NCBI RefSeq assembly: GCF_009914755.1
Contig: NC_060927.1
DNA from: the human T2T-CHM13v2.0 reference genome, Homo sapiens
Direction: 5' to 3' (one strand)
Length of the DNA: 64,000 bases
The notes below the pieces were generated by a model. That model was not told the origin of the DNA and searched no databases. It saw only the letters and a program-made list of their open reading frames with translations. How positions within the stretch are numbered: the stretch's first letter is position 1; every line of letters begins with the position of its first letter. This document shows, in pieces, positions 42,299 through 55,605 of this stretch. The translations under genes were made by a program, and so were the position numbers.

Positions 42299-43730
42299 AT
42301 TCTCCCTTAAATGAGGGAGAGTGGATAACTTAGTAAATAAATGGTCTGGATTCTCAAAAAGAACAAAAAAGATATTTCACAGGGGAAAGTTGCTGGCAGA
42401 GGCAGAAATCAGGAAGGCTGGGACCCAAGAGAGGAAGATCTGATTTTGAGACACAAGATGTGGAACAAAAGACAAAGCCTGCATAGTGTATCACCCCAGT
42501 GAGGTCAGAAACCAACTGAGGAGGAAGCTGAGAGGTGCCTGTTGAAGGCCCCCTGGACTAGGAGGCCAGCGAGGTACTCTGAAATTCCTGAAGATAGAGG
42601 CAAGGACAGGAGGAATTCTAAATGATTAATGAGACCATCCTCATTGAAGTCCAATAACCCAAAGTAAAGAGCTGCCCTGTCCCTGAAACTCTGCTCTTGT
42701 AGATTCAGGGAATTTGTCAAAGTCACAACCACCTGAAAGGGTCTGCCAGGCCTTTAATGAGCATCCTGAGAGATAATCTCCCTCATTCCTTTGCCACCTG
42801 TGGTTTTAATTTTCCAGCCAGTCCTGGAGTTGCTTCCTCCCATCCTTCTGGATGGGTTTCCAAGACAGGAGTGTTCCTTTGGCATTCTCCTCTGCTCATT
42901 TACTTGACAAGAATGTGTTTGCTACCTCCTGCTGGCCCTCCCTCCTCGCCTGTTCCTTGCTTCCTTCTTCGTTCTTGCTCTCTGTCCTTTCTGTATACCT
43001 CTTTGACAGCATGCTGAAGATGCTGTCAGGCAACACATTGCTTACTCCACTCTATCTTAGAGCTTCCATTTCAGCCCCAGATTCCTTGGTTTTCAAGCAA
43101 GTTTGATGTTTTTCCCTTCAAGACAGTGGAAAGAGCACAATTTTAGAGCTAAGCATACCTGAGATCAAATCGCAGCTCTATTGGTGAGGCCTCAGGCAAG
43201 TCACTCAATTTCTCTGTGACCTGTTTCTCTTGCATAAAATAGAGATGCCATGTGTCTTGCAGGGCTGTTGAGCTCACACATGGAAAGAAACTAGCAAATT
43301 CTTGGCACATAGAAGGTGCTCAAAAATGCTTACTTCCCCTCCCCTTTTGTCAGACATGGACGAAAACCACCATAAAGTCAGTGAAAGTGTAAAGAAATTA
43401 TAGTTTTATAAAATAGGTTTATTTCCTTTATGAGTTGTCCATTTCCTTACAAGATTGACACCTATTTACCAAATGTCTACTTCTAAAAGAATTCAAGATA
43501 TTTGAAGATTCATGATTACCAATCCATAATTGGAAGAATACATTTTTAAAAAGACATCATTGACAATTCATTCTTTCCCACACAATGATGAATCATGTTT
43601 TAGTTTTTATATCATCATTTTTACAAAAATACATGCATTTTGATCATCAGTTCACAAAGTGAAAGTAAAGCACTGAGTGAAGGCAAAGCATGATATGCAA
43701 AATGAAGTTATAGTAATCATCTAGTTAACT

Positions 43731-43936
43731 CAGTTTCTCAACCTTGTATCTACTGGCATTCTGAGCTAGACAACGTCAGGGGCTGTCCCGTGCACTGTAG
43801 CATGTTTAGCAGCACCCCTGCTCTCTACTCACTAAATGCCAGTAGCTACCATCCCCCAAGTTGTAACAGTCAAGAATGTCTTCAGACACTGCCAAATGTC
43901 CCCTGGAGAAAAAACTGCCCACAGTTGAGAACTACC
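43731..43936 (-). mobile_element. MER20
   Basis: ggggctgtcccgtgcactgtagcatgtttagcagcacccctg...gccaaatgtcccctgg...gttgagaactac. Confidence 0.8.
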
Positions 43937-46204
43937 AAGTTAACTTTATCAACGTATGGAGACAAACGAGACAGCTCACGCCCAGCCATGGGTTTGTAAG
44001 ATGAAAAGTAGCTGCCTCAGTCTTTACTTCTCACCAGATCTTTCCTACTGAAAAACAAAATGGCTACACGTTGCTTCCAAGGCACAATCAAGCACTGGCT
44101 TCACAGAGAAACAGAAGAAATTGCACGTGCCAGAATTCGGTTGTTAGACTGCCCCAGCTCTTGGCTGCACTCCCACGCTCTACCTAAAAACCTACTTCCC
44201 AAACTTTTGAAATGCTTTCCACAGCTTTCAGAACCTGACCTTTACAACAGCTTTATCTGTGTGTCTGTGAAATAGATTTACAATTTTCTATGTTCCTGCG
44301 AGGCCAAACCACTTATTGAGTCCAAATGCCAACTGGGGGTGGTGGGAATTTGCACACAGATGTCAATGGACTCCGAAACAACAACACAAGAGCTCCACCT
44401 GCAACTAATTATAGAAACTGAAATTGTGTTCTGGCCAGAAGAGGCCACATTCAGAACCCACCCCATCTGCTTTGGCCTGTAAAATCACTCTGTTACTTTT
44501 CTGCTGTCAACATAGACTTGACTCTTAAAATTCTCTGAGGATGCTGTCAATAGCGAACAACAGTGAATATTTTGGGGGTGAATGTTTTGGGAGTGACCAC
44601 TCCTCCTGCCTTTCCCTCTTGGAGCTTGGTTTCAATAAGTACCCTTGGCGCAAGTGAGACTAAAATAATCTATTCATTGAAATACCCTGAATTTTTTTTT
44701 TTGGTGGCTTATGTGCTGCTGCAATCCCGTCACCCAAATAAAGTGATCCAGAGAGAAAAATGGAAGATGGAAATCATTTAGGTCTCCCAAGGTCCAGCAC
44801 ACAAGAATGTTTATTTCCCTACCATTAGCCAAGTCTTTCAGAAGAAAACCTGGGAATAAAAATCTGTAAGGCCACTAATGTGGTACACATGGCTGATTCT
44901 AGGGCCGACTGCAAGAGATTACTGAGGCCAAAACCAGCTGACATCTGTGACAAAGATGTATAGTTCACTTCAAATCATTATCCTACCTTCTAGCAAACAA
45001 AGAAACCAGCTCTTGGCTCTGTGCCATCTCATCTATCTTCAAAACCAAAAGAAGTTTTCACTCATCTCTGAAAGGCATTTAAAATTGTAGTTTCCATCTA
45101 AGTAGGTCATCATCTAAGTCTGGACCAAAATTTTTCCAGCTCTCTGGAAAAGTAGACAAAAGCTACAGTTCTCTGAAGAGCTAAGGAAGACTGTTTCAAG
45201 ATGAGAAGATGGACTCATTTTTTTGTCCTTCTGAGATTCAGCATTCCAAGGTATGTTGTGGTGCTAAACTATATTATCCAGTTCTAAATACGTGTGTTTA
45301 TGTAACATTGGGGAAAACACACACAAGCACTCACACTTCAACTCGGAATTAAAATGAAACACCTTACACACAGACGCAACATATGATTGACTTCTTAAGT
45401 TCTCAGGCCCCACTATGACTGATAAGCCCTTAAAACATTTGGAGAGCAGAGGTGAGTAAGGACAGCTCAAGTCAAGGCAATTGACATCTGTTTTTGTCTT
45501 GGAGCATCTGGTCGCCCTTCATCCCACTTCCTTTAGAGAACTGCTCCTCTCTCAACACCTGCAGTTCTAATAGGGTCACCAATCACAGAAACCTCTTCTC
45601 ACATAACTGCCCCAACCATCTCCCCACAAAACACACACACACATACACACTCACCAAGTCCTGGAGGGAGGATATGACCAAAGCAGGAACAGAGTCCCTC
45701 CATGAACTTTCCAAGTAGGAAGTGAAGATGTAAGGCTCTCTTGACCTTTCAATTGTGACCCTAGGGTACTGGCAACCAAGACCGCCCACCACACAGAGGA
45801 AAAAATGAGGGTCACACATAGACAGAGGCAGACATTGAGAACCAGAGATGAAGCAATGGTGAGAGACAAAGTCCTGCTACAGTTTAAGGCCCTGGATGCA
45901 GTAACCCCAAACTCCACACTTGATCCTTTCTGCAATTTTGTTACAAGAACTAACCAACTCCACCCCGACCCTTTTTCTTTTTTTTTTTTTTTTTTTTTGG
46001 CTTATGCAGGCTTTGAGCAGCATTTGTGTCACTACTTTGGAGTCTTGCCCAAATTAATTAGTAAGGAAGTTTCTTCATTTGAATGTGTAAGGTCCTTTAA
46101 GATTTCATTGAACCTCCCTGAAACATGCCATGGCTTGTTGGGGTGGGGGGAGGTTATCAGGACTGGCAATTACTATGAATAACAGTTATCAATTAACGGT
46201 TTCT

Positions 46205-46558
46205 GATGTTTTATCAATTGGTGAGCTGCAAGTAATAGAATGACCAAACAACAGTGACTTAGACAACTCTGGGTTTATTTTCTCACATGACTAGACATCT
46301 AGAGGCAGGTCATTGCTGCTGTTGGTGCAATTTCTCAGAGATGGCAGCTCACACGTCTCTGGACTTGTCTATTGCTTTCTTTCTTTGGCCTTTCTTTCAT
46401 GGTTATAATGTGGCTGACACAGCTCCACCCATCACATCAACCGTCAAGACAGAAAGAATTTGGGAAGGAGAACTGCTGGTGATATTTGTTCCTTTATCAG
46501 GAAAGAAAAAGATTTCCTAGAATCTCCCAGATTTCCACTTGGGTTTCATTGGCCAGAT
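46205..46558 (-). mobile_element. Old ERVL/MaLR LTR (LTR33/MLT1K-like)
   Basis: gctgcaagtaatagaa...aacagtgacttagacaa...tttattttctcacat...tcattggccaga. Confidence 0.5.
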
Positions 46559-46869
46559 ACTTGAGGAAGAGGAGGAGGAGCCTGAAGCTGAGCCAGGATT
46601 TCTCAGACTTATACTAGTGGAAAGAAGGGAGCCTGAGAGAAGGTAAGGGATAAGACAGGTCTGAGAAGTGAGTACATCTGAGTCGCTGGCACCATCAGGA
46701 CACTTTGGAAGGCCCAGACGTGGAAGGAACCACATAGAAAGTGCTCATCCACCTTCACAGATCTCCTTTAAGGTCTCACTTCGAGATGCTCCTGAAGCAG
46801 AGCAGCCTTTCCCAAAGTGTGGCCTTATACCCTTATTTCTAGGAATATTTATAATTTGTAACAGATGGG

Positions 46870-47275
46870 ACTGTTGTTAAACATATGTATGTATATTCAT
46901 TCCACTCCCCCTCTGCCTTGGCAGGGAGTAAATTTCCTCTACATGACTGACTTTGGGCTTGGTTACATCACATGCTTTAGCCAACAGAATGTTGGTGAAA
47001 ATGATGAAAGCCAAGGCTTTAACCATGTTTGTGGGGTTTAGTTGTACATTTGGCATCTGTGATCCACCATGAGAAGATGAAGCCCTGAATAGCTGCTGTT
47101 CTGAGGAGAAGGTGGAGACATGGAACGTACCTAAACCCAACTTCCAGTTTAACCCAACTAAGTTGTAGCCAACCTGCAGATATGTGAGGGAGAGAGATAA
47201 ACGCTTGTCTTTTTAAGCCATAGGTTTTGAGATGGCTTGTTACACAGCATTATTGCAGCAGTAGCTGCCTAATAC
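46870..47275 (+). mobile_element. MLT1 (H/I-like) LTR
   Basis: Ends tttaagccataggttttgagatggcttgttacacagcattattgcagcagtagctgcctaatac. Confidence 0.65.
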
Positions 47276-47297
47276 GTAGGTGCTTAGTTTAAGTTTT

Positions 47298-47633
<336 letters not shown>

Positions 47634-47676
47634 TTAAGCAACTTTAATACATATTTTTGTTTTTCAGGGATTTTTT

Positions 47677-47843
47677 GTTTGGTTGGTTGGTTGGTTGGTT
47701 AGTTGGTTGATTGGTTGGTTGGTTTTGTAGAGGCAGGGTCTTGCTATAGCCCCAGCTGGTCTCAAACTCCTGGACTCAAGCAATCCTCCTGCCTTGGCCT
47801 CCCAAAGTATTGGGATTACAGGCTTGAGCCACTGCACCCAGCC
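47677..47843 (-). mobile_element. Alu left monomer with a (GTTG)n tail
   Basis: ctcaagcaatcctcctgccttggcctcccaaagtattgggattacaggc. Confidence 0.85.
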
Positions 47844-47907
47844 TAGTAAACATTTTTAACTGAAAGAGAGCATTTCATGTGGTGATATGTTGTAGTAGTC
47901 TGCTTAT

Positions 47908-48320
47908 GTTGTGGGTCGAATTGTGTATCCCTACCCTCAAAAAAATACCAGTACCTCAGAATGTAACCTTCTCTGGAGATAGGGTCTTTACAGAGATCAT
48001 AAATGAAGTCATTAGGGTAGACTCTAATCCAATATGATTGGTGTCCTTATGAAAAGGAGAAATTTGGATGCAGACACAGCCACCCACAGAGGGCAGATTA
48101 TGTGAGGACACACAGGGAGAAGATGATCAAGCACTAGCCAAGGAGAGAGGCCTGGAACAGACCCTTCCCTCACAGCCCTCAGAAGGAAGCAACCTGCTGA
48201 CACCTTGATCTTGGATTTCTTCCCTCCAGAACTCTGAGACAGTAAATGTCTGCTGTTCACATCACTCAGACTCCAACATATCCTTTTGTGGGGGATATAC
48301 AATTCAACCCCCACAAAACG
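47908..48320 (+). mobile_element. MLT1B/C-like LTR
   Basis: tacctcagaatgtaacctt...gagagaggcctggaacagacccttccctcacagccctcagaagg. Confidence 0.75.
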
Positions 48321-48656
48321 TATGCATTATGAATTTCCAGGATAAGCATATCCAATATGTTGGGTGTTACCATGGACTGACCAGAAAATCCGTTTTGAAA
48401 AGTGTTATCTCCCTGCACACACTTTGGAAATACTGGCTTTGAAGGATCCATGGTTTCTTAGACTTATAGTGGTAGAAAAAAAGGAGCCTGGAAGAAGGTA
48501 AGTCTGAGGAGTGAGTACATCTGAGTTCCACCCACAAACCTGATGAAATTCTATCACTCACTTCCAATTGGCACAACTCATCATATCTGGACACTCACAA
48601 TGAAGTTAGTATTTTAATAGAACATAGTTGAATGACCCTGTTGAAATGGCCCTGCA

Positions 48657-49015
<359 letters not shown>

Positions 49016-49960
49016 TTATTTGCAGTTATACAAATAAAACAAAGCAGTAATAATAAAGGAAACACAGAAATGTGATCCATCTCGATCTTTTCAAATTTCA
49101 TGTTCAAAATAAGAATCAATAAATCCTATGTTGAAACTGGATCAAAAACTCATATTAATATTGATTTAGAGTAGATTCTTTCCTAATGTGTTAAGCCAAA
49201 AATAGAAATGATCACATAACCATTGTTTAAAAGCTGTAACATTCCCCAGACAGGTTTACTTACACTTCTTGGGTTACGTTTCCCAATGACCTTGTCCCAC
49301 TTCTGCACACGCAAGATGGGTAAATATTAGATCTAGTACAATCTCCGAGTGTGTGGTGCTATTTATATTCATGCAGAGCCTTGGCTAGCCATGCACAACC
49401 TAGGAAAATGTCTAAAAATTGCTTTATGTGTACCTAATTTGGAAGAAATCCGTTAGAAATACAACGTTAACAATTGCACAAAATACCGAGGAATATGAAA
49501 AGTCAGTAACTCTTATGTACCAAACTACAACACAGAAGTTTTTATAAACCTTAAAAAGATGTATTCACTCCTATGTTTCCTCTCTTTGATCTCCGTAACA
49601 CAATAGAATAAAGATATAAAGAAAAGATAAACCTATATTCTTTTAGAGAAAATAGGTTCACTTTACTTCCCAACAGTTGTATCCACCCTCTCATCAGCCC
49701 TGCCCCCCATAACACCTATCCCAACAGCACAGGCCACTAAAAATAATAAGGGGCTACCTCGCGTAACAGTGTAGTATGGCAGCAGAACATCCTTTCTCAA
49801 TACTTTCTCCTCATCCCTCCCCCAACTGTTCTACAGGTGTGACATTGAGAGCATGGGCTATGGGTTCATGGCATTCCAAAGAATCAGCTGTCCATAATCC
49901 CTTGCCCCACTCTCCTCCAATTTAAGAAAATATATCATGAAGCAAAAGCACAAGTGACAG

Positions 49961-50036
49961 CACCAAGATAACACTGCATCTGTGCACCCTGGTTTATACA
50001 CCAAGATAACACTGCATCCGTGCACTCTGGTTTATA
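49961..50036. repeat. 38-bp tandem duplication (2 mismatches)
   Basis: caccaagataacactgcatcYgtgcacYctggtttata, twice. Confidence 0.92.
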
Positions 50037-50832
50037 CAAACAAGCACATGATTCTAAATTTCAGTGCTGCAACTCTTAGTAGTAGAGCAAATGTATTTAT
50101 ATTCATGTAGAGCCGCGTGGCTGAGAAGTAGGGCCTTGGAGGGAACTGGGTGGAGGAGAAGTGGGAATGGAGGAAGGGGTGGCATATCCATCCAAGAAAC
50201 TGAGTGTCAACCCTTTGCACATAAGAAATTTGGTCACGGCCACCTACTCATTAGCTCCAAGGTTCCAAATAGTCCTGCACTCCCTGTAACACAGAGAGGG
50301 AGTTCAGCATCCTCCCTTAGATCTGGAGTTGGGTTCAGCTCCCTTAGACAGAACCATGAGGACTTCAAAATCTACTGCCAAGAAACTGATGAGCAGGAGC
50401 CCTCGACAACGCTGCATATAAGAAGGAAAGGGCTGGGTTAGTTAGCATTATATTTATAAAACTATGAACTTCCTATACAAGAGCATTTCAATCTCCTTAC
50501 CTCTACCCTGTAATGGACCTGCTTCCAATTTCTCTTCACACAGAACAGTTCAAATTGTTTTAGATCATTAGAACTTAGGTTAGTGAAATTCTAAATATCT
50601 AAATACCCCTGAAAGAATTACCTTGATAGATGCAATCTCTGATTATTGTGGATAAGAAACCACAATCAAATGTCCCTTATCCCTTTTGTATTTCTTTCTT
50701 CCATATAGAAAAAGTTTCCATGATTTTTCCTTTAAAAGGAAATTAAGTTATGGTAAATGGTGAAAACCCTAAACAGCACAAAAACCATCTCTAGGAAAAA
50801 GAAATAAATTCCTAGTTAAGAATACAAATTCT

Positions 50833-51246
<414 letters not shown>

Positions 51247-51354
51247 TCACATTCTTAATCATCTTATCAAAACTAGTCATTTTTTCATCTAGCATGTATG
51301 AAGTAGGATCTTCCTATAATACTAAATCACAGCTCAGTGATCTTTTAAGGAGGT

Positions 51355-51610
51355 AGTGATCATAAAGTTAAGATCTTAGACTTTGGCATGAAATAGACCA
51401 ATGCCTTAAGACCTAGCTATGCTGCTTACCAACTGTGTGAACTTGGATAAGTTGCTTATTCTCTCTACATTTATGCTTCATCTGTAAAATAAGAAAAGTT
51501 CTAGCACCTACCTCAGATGACTGATGAAATCACTAAATAAGATAATGTACACAAAGCACTAAGCACAATGCCTAGCACACAGTTGGCCCTCAACAAATGT
51601 CTACTGGTAG
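51355..51610. mobile_element. MIR
   Basis: actgtgtgaacttggataagtt...cttcatctgtaaaat...gcacaatgcctagcacacag. Confidence 0.7.
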
Positions 51611-53350
51611 CACTAGCAGTATAATAGAAACAACAGCAATAGCAGAAGATTGCTCCCCAAACTTTATTTCACCTAGCTCCATTTTTGGAAAAACATAAAA
51701 ACCCCACTGGTAGTAATCCACCATATATGTGTCTCTCCTCCCTTTCCTGGACAGAAGAGAGGACTCCACCTCACACTCCCTTCAATTATGTCACTTTCAG
51801 TTCAAGGAATTAAAGAACCAATGTGCCATCTCCAGTCACTCTCCTCCCCTGCTGTGGCAACGTTTGAAGCCATGCATCAGGATGCAGAAATCCTGGATCC
51901 TGAGTCACTGCATGGAAAAGACCCGTCCCACAGAGTCACCTGACCTGCTTCTTACTTTAAGCAAATTAGAAATAAATCTCAAATATGTTAATCCACTGAG
52001 ATTTGAAGTTTGTTAGTTACTGCAGCAAAACTTACCCTATCCTGACCAACAGGTACTCCTATACTTCTAAAAGGGATCCTAATATACTTCCAAAAAGAGA
52101 AGACAGTTTTTTTAATAACTTGTTTTTTGTCAATCTTTATATTTTTTACTTTGTAAGACATCATACTGCAAGTAAATTGACTTTTCAAAATCTCTGCGCT
52201 TCTTCCTCATTTTACACTTTTTAATCTAAAAGAGAAAATTGCATTTTACTTGTATTAAATATACAGATTAATACTAGAGCTTTCACTGAGTCATATGTCA
52301 CACAGTCACATTTCACCTATGATACCAAGGTATCCTGTGATCACAGTAAGACCAGAACAAGGAAGGGATAATGGAAGTGCCCTCAAGCATTCACACACTC
52401 CTGGCTTATGGCAACCTGAGACGGTTAAGTGGAATTATGGATATCACCTATTCTAAACTGAACTAACCCTCATGAAATGGACAAATGGTTCGAAATGTTT
52501 TTAATAAAAGTGGAAAAGGTTTTATATGTCACTAAAATGTATCTCAATGTATTATTTTGCTCTATCTCATCCACATTTAATTCTTCGTGGATGTCATAAA
52601 AGACACATAATACACTGGCAGTGTAATGCATCCTGTAATTTATAAATAAATATACATGTATAATTGGGGTCTGTGCTCAAAGATAAACTTAATGAAAGAA
52701 GCATGAGATAAGTCACTTTGGAGCTAACAGTTTAAAGAAGAGCTTTCAAACTTTTTGTCCCTGCTTGCACCATTCCTAAACTGCTTTAACCATTTTCCAA
52801 AAAATTAAAATGAAGAGAAAACCAGTATAAAACTGGGGGGAAATGTGCATTGTACAAACAGGTTCATAAAGACTTCATGAACCAGCAAAATCAGAAAGAA
52901 GCAGAAATGATACCGAAGAGCATCATTTTAGAGTGAAGAACAAACGTTTCGGTTCCAACTACAAAATCACATTTCTACGTCTGAAAACTAGCTTTGGCTC
53001 TGTTAGATAATCAAAAGGATAAGGTGATTGTTTTCTACACATAGAATGAAAACAAAAGGCAGATTTTCCTATAGATCACAAATGCTTCTACAGGCGCTTA
53101 AACTCCAAAGGAGTGGTAGCCAGGGAAACAGTTAGGAGGGTCAGCAGGTGACTCCAAGAAAGGCAGAGCACTTCGTTAGACCAACATCAAAGCCAGTTAT
53201 TGGAAAATCACTTGTTCAGTCAACTTAGAGTTATCTCAATTTCCTTCAGAAAGTTAAATAATATCTGGGAATTTTTGAGCCACGTGGTATCACATTCCCT
53301 ATGCCCCAGCTCTTAGCACTTCTATAAGCACCAATTAGAGATGAAGCTGG

Positions 53351-53643
53351 GGCCAGGTGTGCAATCCTAGAACTTTGGAATTACTCCTTGAAGCCAGGAG
53401 TTCAAGACCGGCCTTGGCAAAATAGCAAGACCTTGTCTCTACAAAAAAAAATAATTTTAATCGGCAGGCTGTGGTGATATGTGCCCGTAGTCCCAGCTAC
53501 TCAGAAAGCTGAGGTGTGGAGGATCATTTGAGCCGGGAAGTCAAGGCTGCAGTGAGCTATGATCAACGTCACTACACTCCAGCCTGAGCAACAGCAAGAC
53601 CCTGTCTCTTAAAAAAAAAAAAAAAAGAGAGAGAGAGAGAGAG
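53351..53643 (+). mobile_element. AluJ with poly(A)/(GA)n tail
   Basis: TSD agagatgaagctgg on both sides. Confidence 0.88.
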
Positions 53644-54773
53644 CAAGAGATGAAGCTGGAATTTAAACCCAGGTATGTCTGATTCCAAAGCGCTTATAAA
53701 AATAGCAGCATTTTAGGAAATAAAGTAGGCATTAAAAAAGAAAAGAAAAGAAAATAGCAGCATATAAAACAGGCCTCACAGAATAGGTGGGATTTGGAAA
53801 TGAAGACTGGCTGAGATTTAAAGGGAGGTGGCAGGAAAAGCAGGTGCTGAGAAGGCCACCAGTGGAAGGGAGCAGCAAGAGCAAGGGCATGGCAGTGCAA
53901 AACCTTGGGTGTGTGCAGGAATTACCAGGCAGTGGTACAGAAAGCACAGATGTGGAGGGAGGCAGCACAAGATAAGGCTGGAAATGTTGGCCCAGGCCTT
54001 CTAGTAGAAGTGCTATGGGCTCAGTCAAGAAGGTAGACTTTATTCTGGAGGCAATGAGTAATCACTGAGGGCTTTAAAGCAGGAAAATAGCATAACTGCA
54101 GGTAGACACCAGGAACCTGTTTTTCCTGTGGCATGAAGGATGGATCAAAGAAGAGTATGAAGGTGACTTACATATAGTAGATAGTTAATTAATGCTGAAT
54201 GGATGAAGGCAAAAACACCAAGTTAAAAATTTATTGTGTATCTCTAACATAACAAACCCATTTGATCCAATTCCATTTCATATTGTTCAATCTGCTACTT
54301 AGAGAACAACTTCACTCATTCTAGTGGGAAATAATGGTGCTGGTGCTTCAAAATAAAAATCAATTCACCAGTCAAATGTGGCCCACTAAATGTTGCTCTT
54401 AAAGTCTTTATTCTTACAGAAATTAACATTTTCTTCTTCTATTCAGAAGGAGGTACATCTGAACAGCTGTTGCAACTGCTGAAAAAGAAAACAAAATTAA
54501 CCAAGTACAAAAGTTAGGCAATGACAAGTGATCCTCCCCACCCCACCCCTCTCCCCATCTGCAACCATGTGAAAAGGTTATCGGAAAATAAGGAAATTAC
54601 AAGCTGTAATGGTATATTTCCTATGCTCTCTCATAGTGTCTAAGTCAAACACATACTAAGCCATAACCTTCTTGATGATGCCAAACTTTCTTCTGCACAG
54701 GTCGTGGTACCATCTGCAAAGCATCAACTACTCAGTGAGAAGCCAAGGCTGAAAAATACTGAGATGAGTCATG

Positions 54774-54782
54774 ACCTACCTG
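54774..54782 (-). promoter_or_regulatory. 5' splice donor (phase 0)
   Basis: Minus strand CAG|GTAGGT directly after codon Q219. Confidence 0.93.
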
Positions 54783-55436
54783 ATTTTCTTCATGGGAAAC
54801 CCTCATCTGCTCCTTGAGGACAGACATCCGCGCTGCCTCTTCTTTCCTCAAGACTCTCTCCTTCTTAAGCTCAGGACTCCAGAAAGTCTTAATACTGTTC
54901 ATGGAAGATCCCAATTTGCTGTCCTTGATGTCTAGCTCTTTCCGGAGGAGGTCATTCTCTCTCTGCAGTTCTTTCAGCTGGGCCTGAAGATCTAACATTG
55001 TGCTGTCTCTTACCTGCCTCAACATGGAGGGGACCTGGTGGTGGTGATGATGGGATGAGCCAGTCAGCCCACCATGTTGATCTGTGTATGAAAGGACATC
55101 TGTGTGGGAAAGTCCAGCAGAAGCAATATTGGGACTACTCCCCATGGCTGTGACACGGCCTCCATATACAGCTCGATTTGTAGCCCTTCCCAGAGTCATA
55201 GTGCCCTTTGGGTAGGTTGTTGAAGCCACCCCTTCATGATCACTCAGATACATGGGTCCAGACGTAGCATAGGCTGCATTGAGGGACTGGATATTCTCCA
55301 TAGACAGAGTCTTGCCTGTTCCTCCACCTCCCCCACTACTTGTTCTTCGGTGGCCCAAACGAGGAGACCTTGGCAAACGAGGGGATCTGGAAGGGCTACC
55401 TTCCAGATTGGTGATTGTTCTTGCACTTCCATACAT
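54780..55436 (-). CDS. ERC2: ERC2 (CAST1/ELKS2) first coding exon, residues 1-219: Ser/Pro/Gly-rich disordered N-terminus, His5 run, start of coiled coil
   Basis: Translation MYGSARTITNLEGSPSRSPRLPRSPRLGHRRTSSGGGGGTGKTLSMENIQSLNAAYATSGPMYLSDHE...SMNSIKTFWSPELKKER...HEENQ is the ELKS-family N-terminus, in the ERC2 rather than ERC1 (MYGSARSVGK...) form. The 657 nt end at CAG|GTAGGT; the last 15 aa of the ORF track are intron read-through. Ser45 (KTLSM) is the known SAD-B kinase site of CAST. Confidence 0.97.
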
Positions 55437-55576
55437 TTTTCTTGTATTATGAGGTGTTACTGAAGAGAAGAAATGCTATATTAAGTTGGGGTTTGAGCTA
55501 ATATTTCCACGATTGTCCAGAATTTTCACCGCATTCTTTTCACAGTCCGTACCAGAAAATAACTCCACTCAGAGAT
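55437..55576 (-). other. ERC2: 5'UTR part of the same ERC2 exon (140 nt)
   Basis: Lies between the acceptor at 55577-55578 and the ATG (context AAAATGT) at 55436. Confidence 0.88.
55526..55534 (-). promoter_or_regulatory. Minimal uORF ATG-CGG-TGA in the ERC2 5'UTR
   Basis: Plus strand tcaccgcat; A at -3; the only upstream ATG in this exon's UTR. Confidence 0.6.
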
Positions 55577-55605
55577 CTACAAAGTGAAAAAAAGAATAAT
55601 TAAAA
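55577..55605 (-). promoter_or_regulatory. 3' splice site and polypyrimidine tract
   Basis: Minus strand reads ttattctttttttcactttgtag|ATCTCT. Confidence 0.88.

Noticed and set aside
50064-50441. 125-aa ORF in unique sequence
   Set aside because: Non-ATG start, no recognisable homology, antisense within an intron.
54732-54779. Last 15 aa of the 234-aa ORF as canonical ERC2 protein
   Set aside because: Beyond the CAG|GTAGGT donor; ELKS similarity stops at EENQ.
55236-55463. Antisense 75-aa ORF over the exon
   Set aside because: Expected shadow of a coding exon.
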